Program-made: the position numbers and the translations under genes
In this document: piece by piece, positions 36,307 to 46,433 of the stretch
How positions within the stretch are numbered: the stretch's first letter is position 1
Layout: each line of letters begins with the position of its first letter
Notes under the pieces: generated by a model
Told to the model about the DNA's origin: nothing
What the model saw: the letters and a program-made list of their open reading frames with translations, nothing else
Database searches by the model: none
DNA from: an uncultured Spirochaetales bacterium
GTDB taxonomy: Bacteria; Spirochaetota; Spirochaetia; Sphaerochaetales; Sphaerochaetaceae
Length of the DNA stretch: 64,000 bases
Direction of reading: 5' to 3'
Assembly (NCBI GenBank): GCA_949289305.1
Contig: CASENB010000008.1
Coordinates: 87,307-151,306 of the forward strand

Positions 36307-38279
36307 AACGAAGGGCAAAATAGTAGAGATCCTATAAAGCCGTCATTGGCGCTTGAATAGCCAAGGCGGATACGGAGGGGAAGATCTATAAGCCCTATAA
36401 GGCTTAGATTGCTCTCAATTTCAACCCCTGTCGTATAATAAAACTCCGCATCTGCTAAAAGCATATCGAAGAATGCTGAGATCCTGCTGTCTTTAAATAT
36501 TAAGAACTCGCCGATCGTATATGCATTGAACTTATAACCGAATGCAGTATTTATGACAAAGATGTTGTATGCATTTCTATAGAACTCACCAAAGAATGGA
36601 TTTATCGTACTGTTTTCAAAACCATCTCTGAAATAAAGGTAGCTTCCACTCTGGCCATCGATCCTTACCCTGTCAGTCAGTCCAATATCTATGAAAAGCG
36701 ACAAAGGAAGATTGAAACGGTTCTTAACGGAAAGATTCAAGTAGTTTGCAACATTCCTTGAGCCGTCTTTTATCAGCATATAGGAAAGTTCTGCTTTAGT
36801 CTGATAGAAAGATACGGAATAACTTAGATCCGAACCAAGAGAGAAAAGCACCTGATAGTCGCCATCACTTGCCCTATTGTACTCGATACGTTCAAACGGA
36901 GTGACTCTCAGATCGCTTTGATCTGTATATGCGACATAATCAAGGCTCTGACTGGCGTTAACAAAAGGAGTCCATACCCAGTCATACCATATTACAGAGC
37001 TGTCGATTGCGATCTTGAGGTTATCAAGAGGGTAAAGCTCAAGTCCGACATTAATGGCAGGGCCGTTATAAGAGAATGTGCTGTCATGGGTATTAAATGC
37101 CCATCCTGCCGACACATCTAGCTCGACAAGATCATATAGGAATCTGTATTGAACACCTATAAGCTCCATCTCGTTTAAGTATGTAGAATCCCCTTGCCTG
37201 TTCTCCCCTCCCAGGGTTAACAGGTTTGTAGGGCTAATAGCCTCAACTCTGTCAAAATAAAAGAGATTGCTTCTCGTATTCTCTATGTTCGCCTGAATCT
37301 GGCTTCTTATCTCTCTAAATTCATCGTTTCCACTTTTATAAAGCAATGAAAGCGCATCAGACTGTTCTTTTGCAGACTCATACCCTATCCTCATCATCTC
37401 AGAAGCCGATGAGAAATCCATGAAAGAAAACTGCTCTACCGCACAGCGTATCCAAATGAAATCGGATCTCTTTTTCATGTCGCTTGCTGCCCTCTGCCTC
37501 TTTCCAACGTCAAAAGCACTGTTGAGTATCGTGATCGGATTTAAAAGATTTATTGAATCAAGATCGTAGAATGTTGTGGAAACGATAAGAGTATCAGTAT
37601 ATTCATATGCAGCATCAAGCGGTACGAGAGTCTTTACACCTCCGTCTAAAAGCAGATGTCCATTATAAACAGACGGAGAAAAATATACGGGAAGGGCAAA
37701 AGATGCAATAAGAACGTCTATGAAAGAGCCTTCGCAAACTCTTATCTCGCGCTTTGTAACAAGATCATCGCAGATAACCATTACAGGAATCGGAAGATCT
37801 TCAAGCCTTAGCTCCTCGCCAACAACAGAGCTGATAAGACTCTTAAAACCAGTGAGATCTAACATACCCCCGCGTGTCGGGAGCGTCAAAGAAAAATAAT
37901 TTGAAAGATCTGACATCATCATGAGTTCTGAAATCTGCTGACACTCAAGACCTGCAGCATATAAAAGCCCGATAATAGATCCCATTGAATTGCTTATGAT
38001 GAAATCCGGCACGATTGAGTTCTCTTCTAAATATTCAAGTACTCCCAAATGGGCTAAAGCCCTGGCGCTTCCTCCAGTAAGGACAAGCCCAATAGGATCT
38101 CTTTCTCCTTTAGTACGCTCTAATATCCTCTCTCTAAAGCCCAATTCACCATATGTAATTGGAACGTCGCTTAAAAGCAGATAATCATCATCGGTAAATG
38201 ATTTTTCATCAGCAGAAGCAAAAGCGAAAGATATTAAAACAAGAGTTAGGAATACTACTACCAAGGCCTTTTTAAACAT
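36303..38279 (-). CDS. Patatin-like phospholipase fused to a C-terminal outer-membrane beta-barrel (PlpD/type Vd-like architecture)
   Basis: 658 aa. Signal peptide, oxyanion GGSARA, nucleophile elbow SNSMG (variant of GxSxG), catalytic DGG (LLLDGGV). The C-terminal ~300 aa have alternating-hydrophobic beta strands ending in ...CPSF with a terminal Phe. Confidence 0.7.
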   Translation of the reverse strand: MFKKALVVVFLTLVLISFAFASADEKSFTDDDYLLLSDVPITYGELGFRERILERTKGERDPIGLVLTGGSARALAHLGVLEYLEENSIVPDFIISNSMGSIIGLLYAAGLECQQISELMMMSDLSNYFSLTLPTRGGMLDLTGFKSLISSVVGEELRLEDLPIPVMVICDDLVTKREIRVCEGSFIDVLIASFALPVYFSPSVYNGHLLLDGGVKTLVPLDAAYEYTDTLIVSTTFYDLDSINLLNPITILNSAFDVGKRQRAASDMKKRSDFIWIRCAVEQFSFMDFSSASEMMRIGYESAKEQSDALSLLYKSGNDEFREIRSQIQANIENTRSNLFYFDRVEAISPTNLLTLGGENRQGDSTYLNEMELIGVQYRFLYDLVELDVSAGWAFNTHDSTFSYNGPAINVGLELYPLDNLKIAIDSSVIWYDWVWTPFVNASQSLDYVAYTDQSDLRVTPFERIEYNRASDGDYQVLFSLGSDLSYSVSFYQTKAELSYMLIKDGSRNVANYLNLSVKNRFNLPLSLFIDIGLTDRVRIDGQSGSYLYFRDGFENSTINPFFGEFYRNAYNIFVINTAFGYKFNAYTIGEFLIFKDSRISAFFDMLLADAEFYYTTGVEIESNLSLIGLIDLPLRIRLGYSSANDGFIGSLLFCPSF

Positions 38280-38335
38280 GGCTTAAGGATATAACAAAAG
38301 TTTTTTTATCTCAATTGAATTGCATGGACTCTTCA

Positions 38336-39229
38336 TTATTTTTGGAGATCATTTCCTTCTATCTCATCTTTTAGGAACGAAATAAAGCGTGTGCTCGCCT
38401 TGCTTAAAGCGACATCCTTTTTCCATGAGACGATTGAAGATGTAGTAAGAGGAGGAGAAAGCGGAATGAGCTTAATCTTCTCTCTATCCCAATACTTTGC
38501 AGATCCTTCAATAATTAAAGCTTTCATATCTGCTTTTTCAATTGCCTCAGGACAGGCAGAGGGAAGATTGCTAAGCATCTTTACATTGAGCTTTTTATAA
38601 GAGTCTCCAAAATACGATGCAATTTCATTCTGTACCACAGTCCTTCGAGGGAGTATTAACTTCTCCCCTATAAGATCTTCCCTTCTTATCTCGCTTTTGA
38701 AAGAGAGTGGATCTCCATTTTTAACAGCGACAACGAAATGCTCTACAAAGCCAAGTCTTATGAACTCATATTTATCCTTATTTACAGGTTCAAGCATAAT
38801 ACCCAAATCTAAAAGGCCCTGATCTATCTTGTCCTTGATATCATCCGCTGTTGCTATATAGAAGTCAAAAATGACCTTATCATATTTCTCTTGGAATTTA
38901 CTTATCGCACTATATAAGATGCCTTCAGCGCTTAAGTCCCCCATTCCGATACTTATAGTCCCTTCTAAGCTATCAGAACGCTGAAGCTCTGACTCGCTCT
39001 TTTTAACAAGTTCAAGTATCTCCTCAGCTCTTCGTTTAAATAAAAGTCCTTCGCTTGTAAGCCTTATTTTTCTCTGCCCTCTTTCAAAGAGAGTAACGCC
39101 AAGCTCCTCTTCAAGTTCTTTAAGCTGACGGCTAAGAGTTGGCTGCGTCAAATACAATGTTTCTGCGGCTTTGGTAATGTTCTCTTCCCTTGCTACGGCC
39201 AAAAAGTATCTTAAGCCCCTTAATTCCAT
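38336..39229 (-). CDS. LysR-family transcriptional regulator
   Basis: 297 aa. N-terminal HTH LRYFLAVAREENITKAAETLYLTQPTLSRQLKELE. Confidence 0.9.
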   Translation of the reverse strand: MELRGLRYFLAVAREENITKAAETLYLTQPTLSRQLKELEEELGVTLFERGQRKIRLTSEGLLFKRRAEEILELVKKSESELQRSDSLEGTISIGMGDLSAEGILYSAISKFQEKYDKVIFDFYIATADDIKDKIDQGLLDLGIMLEPVNKDKYEFIRLGFVEHFVVAVKNGDPLSFKSEIRREDLIGEKLILPRRTVVQNEIASYFGDSYKKLNVKMLSNLPSACPEAIEKADMKALIIEGSAKYWDREKIKLIPLSPPLTTSSIVSWKKDVALSKASTRFISFLKDEIEGNDLQK

Positions 39230-39268
39230 AATCAGATTTTAAGTCGTAATGGATCAAAGTTGTCAAGT

Positions 39269-40141
39269 TTAAGTAATTACAGGGATAAGTAGAAGGATTG
39301 TTCCTGCAACAAGAAGGGAAAGGCCAAGCATAGACTTTTTCGTCTGTTTTTCCTTAAAAACGATATAAGAGAACAAAATCGTAAAGAGTATGCTAAGGCG
39401 GTCTATGGAGACTACGACGCTAGAAAGTCCTGTTTGAAGCGCTCTGTAATAGCAAAGCCACGATGCACCTGTTGCAACGCCAGATAGGAGTATGAATACA
39501 AGCTCCTTTTTACTTATCTCTTTGATCTTATCGCCTTTCTTCTCAACGAAGACTAAAAGCCATGCCATAATTAGTACGACAAACGTCCTGATTGTAGATC
39601 CGATATTCGAATCAATATTTTCTACCCCGATCTTACCAAGGATTGTAGTAAGACTTGCAAATAAAGCACTTAAGATGGCATATATAAGCCATGATCTGCT
39701 AGATGTGGCAATCTCTCCATCCCCGGCTTTCTGTACCATCAGATAAGTTCCAAGTGATACTAAGATAACTGCCATAAAGCTTAATGATGTAAAAGGTTCT
39801 TTAAAGATTATAAAAGAGAGAATCATGGTTATTACCGTACTAGACTTATCAAGCACGGCAACCTTTGATGCAGGTCCTGTAAAGAGTGCTTTAAAGTAAC
39901 ATAGCCATGATGCGCCTGTAGCAAGTCCTGAAAGGATTAAGAATATCCAAGTACGGCCGTCTATTCCGTTAACAGGAAGTTTCGATCCCGTAACGACTAT
40001 CATCAGAGCTGAAAACAAAAGAACCACTATCGTTCTAATGGCAGTTGCGACAGTTGAGTCGGCTTTTTTTATTCCACACTTTGCAAGAATTGCCGTAAGC
40101 GATGCAAAGACAGCAGAAAGAAATGCAAATACAAGCCACAT
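39269..40141 (-). CDS. EamA/DMT-family transporter
   Basis: 290 aa, 10 TM helices as two internally repeated EamA halves. Confidence 0.8.
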   Translation of the reverse strand: MWLVFAFLSAVFASLTAILAKCGIKKADSTVATAIRTIVVLLFSALMIVVTGSKLPVNGIDGRTWIFLILSGLATGASWLCYFKALFTGPASKVAVLDKSSTVITMILSFIIFKEPFTSLSFMAVILVSLGTYLMVQKAGDGEIATSSRSWLIYAILSALFASLTTILGKIGVENIDSNIGSTIRTFVVLIMAWLLVFVEKKGDKIKEISKKELVFILLSGVATGASWLCYYRALQTGLSSVVVSIDRLSILFTILFSYIVFKEKQTKKSMLGLSLLVAGTILLLIPVIT

Positions 40142-40238
40142 AATCTCCCCCTTTTCTAGATTTAATACATCTATATAGAAAGAAAAGACATAAATATTAA
40201 ATATTTCTAAAACAGGCTTTTTTTGCTATAAATTTCTT

Positions 40239-40631
40239 ATGCGATCGTTTCTTATCTATATGGTATTCGGTTTCATGGCAACTCTTATAAATATGATAAG
40301 TTATGAAATCCTATATGCCAATTTACACATCATAAATGTAATATCTGTAGCGCTTTCATGGTTTCTTGCCGTTACGTTCGCATTCTTTACAAACAAATAC
40401 ATCGTTTTCAGAGAAAAAGGAAAGAAAGCAAAGAGAAGCTTTCTCTCAGAACTCTCGTATTTCTATCTATGCCGCATATTAAGCGGCATATTGGATGTAA
40501 TTATAATGTTCATAGCAGTAGACCTGCTCGATCTTAACCATACAATATGGAAGTTCGTTTCAAATCTAGCTGTAGGAATCTGCAATTTCTTAACAGGAAA
40601 GCTGTTTATCTTTAAAAAAGAAGATCAGTGA
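40239..40631 (+). CDS. GtrA-family membrane protein
   Basis: 130 aa, 4 TM helices. NKYIVFR and GKLFIFKK motifs are characteristic of GtrA. Confidence 0.75.
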   Translation: MRSFLIYMVFGFMATLINMISYEILYANLHIINVISVALSWFLAVTFAFFTNKYIVFREKGKKAKRSFLSELSYFYLCRILSGILDVIIMFIAVDLLDLNHTIWKFVSNLAVGICNFLTGKLFIFKKEDQ

Positions 40632-41722
40632 TCCCAAGAAAATCTGGAAAATACAGGAGATCCCGTATACTTATTTGCCTTTTTCTCTCCTCTTAAAACC
40701 TTCAGTGCCTCATAGCATAGCTCTTCCTGTTCGACCTCACCTTTATAGACGTAAATCGGAGCAATAAAAGAACAGTGCTCTTTAATACCGTCCACGATAT
40801 CTGAAAAACGCACAAGACCTCCGGTCAAAAGGATTGCATCGACTTTTCCTTTTAATACCGCCGCCATGGATCCGACAGATTTCGCTATCTGGTATATCAT
40901 GGCATTCCAAACGAGTGTCGCATGCTCATCGCCATTCTCCATCAGAGCATGTACTTTATTAGCATCGCTTGTTCCAAAATGGCTTACAAAACCGCCAGAA
41001 CGGGAACACATCGCCTCAACTTCTTTCATTCCGTGATTCTCAACAAAACGAGCAAACTCAAGAAGCGGAATGCTTCCAAGTCTTGTAGGAGTGAACGGCC
41101 CGTCTCCGCCTGCCCCCTCTGTTCCATCTATCATACGACCTTCCGTATGGGCTGCTATCGTAATTCCACCGTCTATATGGCATACGATGAAAGAACATTC
41201 TTCATAAGGCCTTCCTATCTTTTTTGCATGAAGGCGGGCAATACCCTTCTGATTTAAAACATGGGATTGTGCTCTTCTATAAACCTCTTTTATTCCCGTT
41301 ATTCTTGCAATATCCTGAAACTCATCGACATTCGTGGGATTTAAAGTATACATCGGCTTATTATATTTAGTGCCAAGGACGTATGCCATCATAACCCCGA
41401 GTTTCGCAGGATGATCGCTTCCTCCCTTATCGTCTTTAGTATCTTCATAAAGGCGTTCATCTATATCCATAACACCTTCGCTTTGGCTGTAAGCACAGCC
41501 TCCGCGGCCTACAAAGCAATCTATATCTTCAATCTTTATTCCATGTTTTTTTAACAGGCTCAGCGTCACTTCTGTTCTAAATGGAAGCTGGTCATTCGTC
41601 GTTTCATACTTTAAAAGCTCAGGAGCGTCATGGAATACGCTCTCTGTAAAAACATTTTTCTCATCTTCAAACACACTGATTTTAGTAGATGTCGATCCTG
41701 GATTTATTATTAACAGTTTCAT
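40625..41722 (-). CDS. buk: Butyrate kinase
   Basis: Acetate/butyrate kinase N-terminus MKLLIINPGSTSTK. Start set at this ATG (41722) rather than 41758. Length and the GGL...GG motifs fit Buk. Confidence 0.88.
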   Translation of the reverse strand: MKLLIINPGSTSTKISVFEDEKNVFTESVFHDAPELLKYETTNDQLPFRTEVTLSLLKKHGIKIEDIDCFVGRGGCAYSQSEGVMDIDERLYEDTKDDKGGSDHPAKLGVMMAYVLGTKYNKPMYTLNPTNVDEFQDIARITGIKEVYRRAQSHVLNQKGIARLHAKKIGRPYEECSFIVCHIDGGITIAAHTEGRMIDGTEGAGGDGPFTPTRLGSIPLLEFARFVENHGMKEVEAMCSRSGGFVSHFGTSDANKVHALMENGDEHATLVWNAMIYQIAKSVGSMAAVLKGKVDAILLTGGLVRFSDIVDGIKEHCSFIAPIYVYKGEVEQEELCYEALKVLRGEKKANKYTGSPVFSRFSWDH

Positions 41723-41779
41723 GCCTTCATTATATTCAATTTTGTTTTTTCTTTGCACCTTTTCTGCTAAGCTTTAACC

Positions 41780-44377
41780 ATGATAAAAGCAGTACTTAAT
41801 AAGGATGGCCTTATAACATTAAATACTGAAAAGAAGTCATCTCTTGATTACAAAACTTTTAGTGGAAAAGAAAGACTGCTTTTAAGAAGTTATAACGATT
41901 TAAAAGATAATGCAGATGGACATTTTCTAAATCTTGCCTCATCTCTTTGCCTTCTTACAGACTGGGATGGAAATGAAATAAAGCTGAAAGACGGAATATA
42001 TTCGTTAACGCTAAATTTAAAGAAGATAGGCAATGGGTATCGCTCATCACTATGTTTTGAAAGCTTAAATGATGAAATTAGATGCTACATAAAAGATATG
42101 GTTCTTGTTAATAACTCACTTTTTAGAACAAGGACAAGAGATGTAAAAAAGCTTTTTATGCTCAATCAAAAAGAGATAAAAAGAGAGGATCTTGAATCGC
42201 TCTTATCGATCGCTTTATCTGAATACGAAGGGCTTAAGATAAACGTCGAAGGCTATAAGACAATATTGAAAAGTCCAATAAACGTCAAAAGCGCATTAAT
42301 CTTTTCAGAAATCGATGAGTATAACTATCTTCATTTGAAAACGGATTTATATCTAGATGATTATGGTCTGATTAAAAGCGAATTAACGACATCCGTAAGG
42401 ATTGATGAAGAAGATAAAACTTTAGAAATAAGAGAGATCGTAATAAAAGAGAGTCCATCAGAACGCCTTAAAAAGATTTTAAACAAAATTGATAAAACAG
42501 GATATTACGAAGAGAAAGGGATATTCATCATTGAAAGCGATACTGCAAAGAATTTGATAGAAAATCATTTCAAAGAACTTCTATCATCTTTTGTCATACT
42601 TCAAAGCGAGGTAATAAGAAACTATAAAGTCAGATACGCAAAGCCTGTCTTAGCTCTCAGTGTACATTACGGTATCTCCTACCTTGAAACGGATGGGAAT
42701 ATAGAAATAGACGATCAAAGCATAAGGCTTAAAGACTTTTTCTCATCCATTAAAAGAAATGGAGATTTCGTAGTACTGCCAGATGGAAGCAAAGCATACA
42801 TAGATATAAGTTTCATATCTCGCATTAAACGGCTTATTACTGAAAATAATGGAAAATTTTACATAACGAAAGCGGATCTTCCATATATCGAATCATTACC
42901 AGATGTCGCTTTAAAAGCGGAAGAAAAGGAAACACTTTTAAAATTCTACAAAGACTATAACCGCATAAATGATGATAATAGAGATGGAAAGCTGAAAACA
43001 TCAAAACTCAGAGATTATCAGAATTACGGCTATAAGTGGCTTAAATATCTGTCTGATAACAATATGGGATCATGTCTTGCAGATGATATGGGACTTGGAA
43101 AGACAGTCCAGGTTATCGCACTTTTAAATAGCGAGGCAGTAAAAACAGAAAAACCAAATCTAATAGTCTCCCCTAAAAGCCTCATATTCAACTGGATGCG
43201 TGAAATTGAAAGGTTTGCAATAGATATTCCTACTTATATCTACTATGCAGATGAAAAGAGCGTTGAAAAAGTGATAGATATGAAAAAAGGGATTGTCCTT
43301 ACAAGCTACGGAACGCTCAGAAGTGATATCTCTAAATTGAAAGACATAGATTTTAATTACCTTATCCTAGATGAAGCACAAAGCCTCAAGAACTTTAATA
43401 CAGCTACGGCGAAAGCGGCCTCTGAGATAAAGGCAGAACATAAGACAGCGCTATCAGGGACGGTAATAGAGAATAATCTTAGTGAAATCTATTCCCTTTT
43501 TAAAATAATAAACCCTTCCCTATTTAAATCCTTTGCTGCTTTTAACAGAGAGTATATCAAACCCATATACAATCAAGATAGCGATGCCCTTAAAGAACTT
43601 AAAATGAAGATAAAACCATTCATCTTAAGACGAGTTAAAGAGGACGTTCTAAAAGATCTGCCAGAGAAAAGCGAACAGACTGTGATCATTGAGATGAAGG
43701 ATGAACACTTCTCATATTATAGAGAAAGGCAAAAAGAGATAAGAAAGCTTTTAAATGAAAGGATAGAAAGCGATGGGATAAATATATCGTCTTTCATGAT
43801 TCTCCAAGCCTTAAACGAACTTAGAATTCTATCCTCATCCCCTGAAATAAAGAGCCAAATCTCGTTAATAAACTCAAAGAGGGAGTATCTTAAAGAGACG
43901 ATTCCAGAAATAGTTAAGAGCGGCCACAAATGCCTTATATTCACATTTTTTTTAGACTCTCTTAGCCTTATAGCAGAAGATATGGCATCACTTGGAATAG
44001 GCTGCTTAAAGCTCAGCGGATCAAGTGAGAACAGAGAAGAGATCATAGACCGATTCACTTTTGATGACAGCATAAACGTTTTGATTATGACGCTTAAGAC
44101 AGGAGGTGTCGGATTAAACCTTACGAAAGCCGATTATGTCTTCATATCCGATCCTTGGTGGAACAGTGCGGCAGAAGAGCAGGCAATATCTAGAAGCCAT
44201 AGGATCGGGCAGAAAAACCCTGTATTCGTATACCGCCTAATATCAAAAGATACGATAGAAGAGAAAATTCTGGCCCTTCAAGAGAAAAAGAGGGAAATCT
44301 CTAAAGAGGTATTTGAATCGGATAATACCCTAATAAAGAGTTTAAGCAAAGAAGATATAGAGATGTTAATCGGGTGA
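41780..44377 (+). CDS. SNF2-family helicase/translocase with ~400-aa uncharacterised N-terminal region
   Basis: 865 aa. Motif I DDMGLGKT, motif II LILDEAQSLKN, motif V GGVGLNLT, motif VI QAISRSHRIGQ. The helicase core starts at about residue 410. Confidence 0.88.
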   Translation: MIKAVLNKDGLITLNTEKKSSLDYKTFSGKERLLLRSYNDLKDNADGHFLNLASSLCLLTDWDGNEIKLKDGIYSLTLNLKKIGNGYRSSLCFESLNDEIRCYIKDMVLVNNSLFRTRTRDVKKLFMLNQKEIKREDLESLLSIALSEYEGLKINVEGYKTILKSPINVKSALIFSEIDEYNYLHLKTDLYLDDYGLIKSELTTSVRIDEEDKTLEIREIVIKESPSERLKKILNKIDKTGYYEEKGIFIIESDTAKNLIENHFKELLSSFVILQSEVIRNYKVRYAKPVLALSVHYGISYLETDGNIEIDDQSIRLKDFFSSIKRNGDFVVLPDGSKAYIDISFISRIKRLITENNGKFYITKADLPYIESLPDVALKAEEKETLLKFYKDYNRINDDNRDGKLKTSKLRDYQNYGYKWLKYLSDNNMGSCLADDMGLGKTVQVIALLNSEAVKTEKPNLIVSPKSLIFNWMREIERFAIDIPTYIYYADEKSVEKVIDMKKGIVLTSYGTLRSDISKLKDIDFNYLILDEAQSLKNFNTATAKAASEIKAEHKTALSGTVIENNLSEIYSLFKIINPSLFKSFAAFNREYIKPIYNQDSDALKELKMKIKPFILRRVKEDVLKDLPEKSEQTVIIEMKDEHFSYYRERQKEIRKLLNERIESDGINISSFMILQALNELRILSSSPEIKSQISLINSKREYLKETIPEIVKSGHKCLIFTFFLDSLSLIAEDMASLGIGCLKLSGSSENREEIIDRFTFDDSINVLIMTLKTGGVGLNLTKADYVFISDPWWNSAAEEQAISRSHRIGQKNPVFVYRLISKDTIEEKILALQEKKREISKEVFESDNTLIKSLSKEDIEMLIG

Positions 44378-44380
44378 ATT

Positions 44381-45880
44381 ATGATAGAAGAATCTGAATA
44401 CGGCGCTTTTATTAAAATGGAGATAGAAAACATCAGGGATTACGATTACTTTTTCCCTTACGATGCGTTATGTGAAAGCATTGCCCAAAAGAGATGCAAC
44501 AATCAAAAAGAAGCACTAAAAGAGATATGCTGCTTTTTATCTGAAAACAGGGAAAAGACGAAAAAGATAATAAAAGGGACAAAGTTAGATAACACTCTTC
44601 CACCTTTTGAAAAGATTCTTTTTGAAACATCAATATACAAACAAAAGGAAATGCCGTCTTCTGAGGAAATTGAAAATAAAGATACCGTTTCCTTTTCATC
44701 TGAAATAGAAGAGACAGTAAACGTAATACTGAACTTAAATGGCAGAAAAGATCCAAAAGGCCTGGTACTTCAGAGAAAACTCACCTCCCAAAAGTTAGGC
44801 TTTGCTAAAGACATATACTTTTCTAGCCTCATAAACAGACTCTACCTGAAATCTGGAAGCAAAGATGTTAAGACTCTCTTTTCATCATGGTTATGGCTTA
44901 AGGAAGAGAGTACGCTGCAATTCTTTTTAAAAGTTCTTAATCCGCCAAAAGAGGGAAGCGAAAGGTTCTATGAATCAAAGCTTACCTACCCTTCTCCATA
45001 CTATAAGATATCGATAAAGAACATTATAAAAAGGCTCAATTCCAACTCTTGGTATTCTGTTGACGATCTCTTTTCATATTGTAAAGAGGTAACTGCGCCA
45101 TTTAAGTTCTGCATAAAAAATGAAAATAGATTCGACTTCATAAAAAACGACGATTTAAGAACACTGGATAAAAAAGACATAACTGCAGAAATTGAAAAAT
45201 ACGAAGAAGATATAATAATAAAACCATACTTTCTAGCGTACTTATACGTATTCTCATTCTTTGGCGTCATAGATATCGTTGAAGAAGAACCTGAGCTCAA
45301 GATAATTACAAAAGGGAAAAAACTACCCTACAGCCCTTTTCACGCTCTTAAATACATATCACTTACAGAATACGGAAGATACATACTTGGCCTAAGAGAT
45401 GATAAGCCGGAAATTAAAAGGGATTTCTCACTTCCCATCCTTGATAAAGACTTACTTTTAATAACCTACAAAGGAGAGAGTGTAGAGTTGAGAAGTTTCT
45501 TTTCTTCTATTGCAGATCCGCTTGGACTCGTCAGATATAAAGTAAGCCTAAAGTCTTTTACAAAGAACATAGAGACAGAGGATGAGGCAAAAGCCCTTAT
45601 AGAAAAATTTAAAGAGGTCTTTCCTTTTCTGCCTCCTCTCTGGACTTCATTCTTTTCTTCGGTTCTTTCATCTTTTAAGATTTTTACCCGCGTCTCATCA
45701 GGATCTGTCTACTCAATAAAGGACTCTGATAAGATCTATGACCTCTTAAAAGAGGAAGAGATTAGAAAATATGTCGTTTTTCTTGAAGACGGCTTTATCT
45801 ATATCGCAAATAAGGATTATAAAAGACTTGTTCAAGAACTAGAGAAGAGGGGGTATAAGGACTCTTTCGTCCTGTCCTGA
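44381..45880 (+). CDS. Hypothetical protein tightly coupled to the SNF2 helicase
   Basis: 499-aa ORF starting 3 nt after the SNF2 stop. No motif I can recognise. Confidence 0.5.
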   Translation: MIEESEYGAFIKMEIENIRDYDYFFPYDALCESIAQKRCNNQKEALKEICCFLSENREKTKKIIKGTKLDNTLPPFEKILFETSIYKQKEMPSSEEIENKDTVSFSSEIEETVNVILNLNGRKDPKGLVLQRKLTSQKLGFAKDIYFSSLINRLYLKSGSKDVKTLFSSWLWLKEESTLQFFLKVLNPPKEGSERFYESKLTYPSPYYKISIKNIIKRLNSNSWYSVDDLFSYCKEVTAPFKFCIKNENRFDFIKNDDLRTLDKKDITAEIEKYEEDIIIKPYFLAYLYVFSFFGVIDIVEEEPELKIITKGKKLPYSPFHALKYISLTEYGRYILGLRDDKPEIKRDFSLPILDKDLLLITYKGESVELRSFFSSIADPLGLVRYKVSLKSFTKNIETEDEAKALIEKFKEVFPFLPPLWTSFFSSVLSSFKIFTRVSSGSVYSIKDSDKIYDLLKEEEIRKYVVFLEDGFIYIANKDYKRLVQELEKRGYKDSFVLS

Positions 45881-45881
45881 T

Positions 45882-46433
45882 ATGGAGAAAAAAGAGCATA
45901 AGCTTCTAACGCTTTTTATAACGTGTTTTAAGATCAGCGCATTCACTTTCGGAGGAGGATATGTAATTATCCCATTAATGAGGGATACTTTCGTAAACAA
46001 GCTAAAGTGGATAGATGAGAATGAGATGCTTGATCTTACGGCAATTGCGCAATCAAGTCCTGGAGCGATCGCAGTTAACGCATCCATTCTTACTGGATTT
46101 AAAGTCGCACGCTTAAAAGGTGCGCTTATAAGCACTATTGCAACAGTACTTCCTCCGTTTATCATAATTTCGATTATATCGATGTTCTATACGGCGTTCA
46201 GAGATAATAAATACGTGTCTTCTGCAATGACGGCAATGAGCGCAGCGGTAGCCGCAGTCGTAATCGATGTCGTATTTTCCATGATATTAGACATCATAAA
46301 GAAGAAAAAACTTACCTCAATATTAGTTTTAATAATATCGTTTATTCTTCTTGAGGCTTTTAATTTGAACATCATCATTTTAATTTTCCTTGCAATTCTT
46401 TTGGGAATTGCAGAATACAGGAGGTCAAAATGA
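45882..46433 (+). CDS. chrA: Chromate transporter, short-chain CHR family (N-half type)
   Basis: 183 aa. FKISAFTFGGGYVIIPLM...SPGAIAVN is typical of the CHR domain. Confidence 0.85.
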   Translation: MEKKEHKLLTLFITCFKISAFTFGGGYVIIPLMRDTFVNKLKWIDENEMLDLTAIAQSSPGAIAVNASILTGFKVARLKGALISTIATVLPPFIIISIISMFYTAFRDNKYVSSAMTAMSAAVAAVVIDVVFSMILDIIKKKKLTSILVLIISFILLEAFNLNIIILIFLAILLGIAEYRRSK

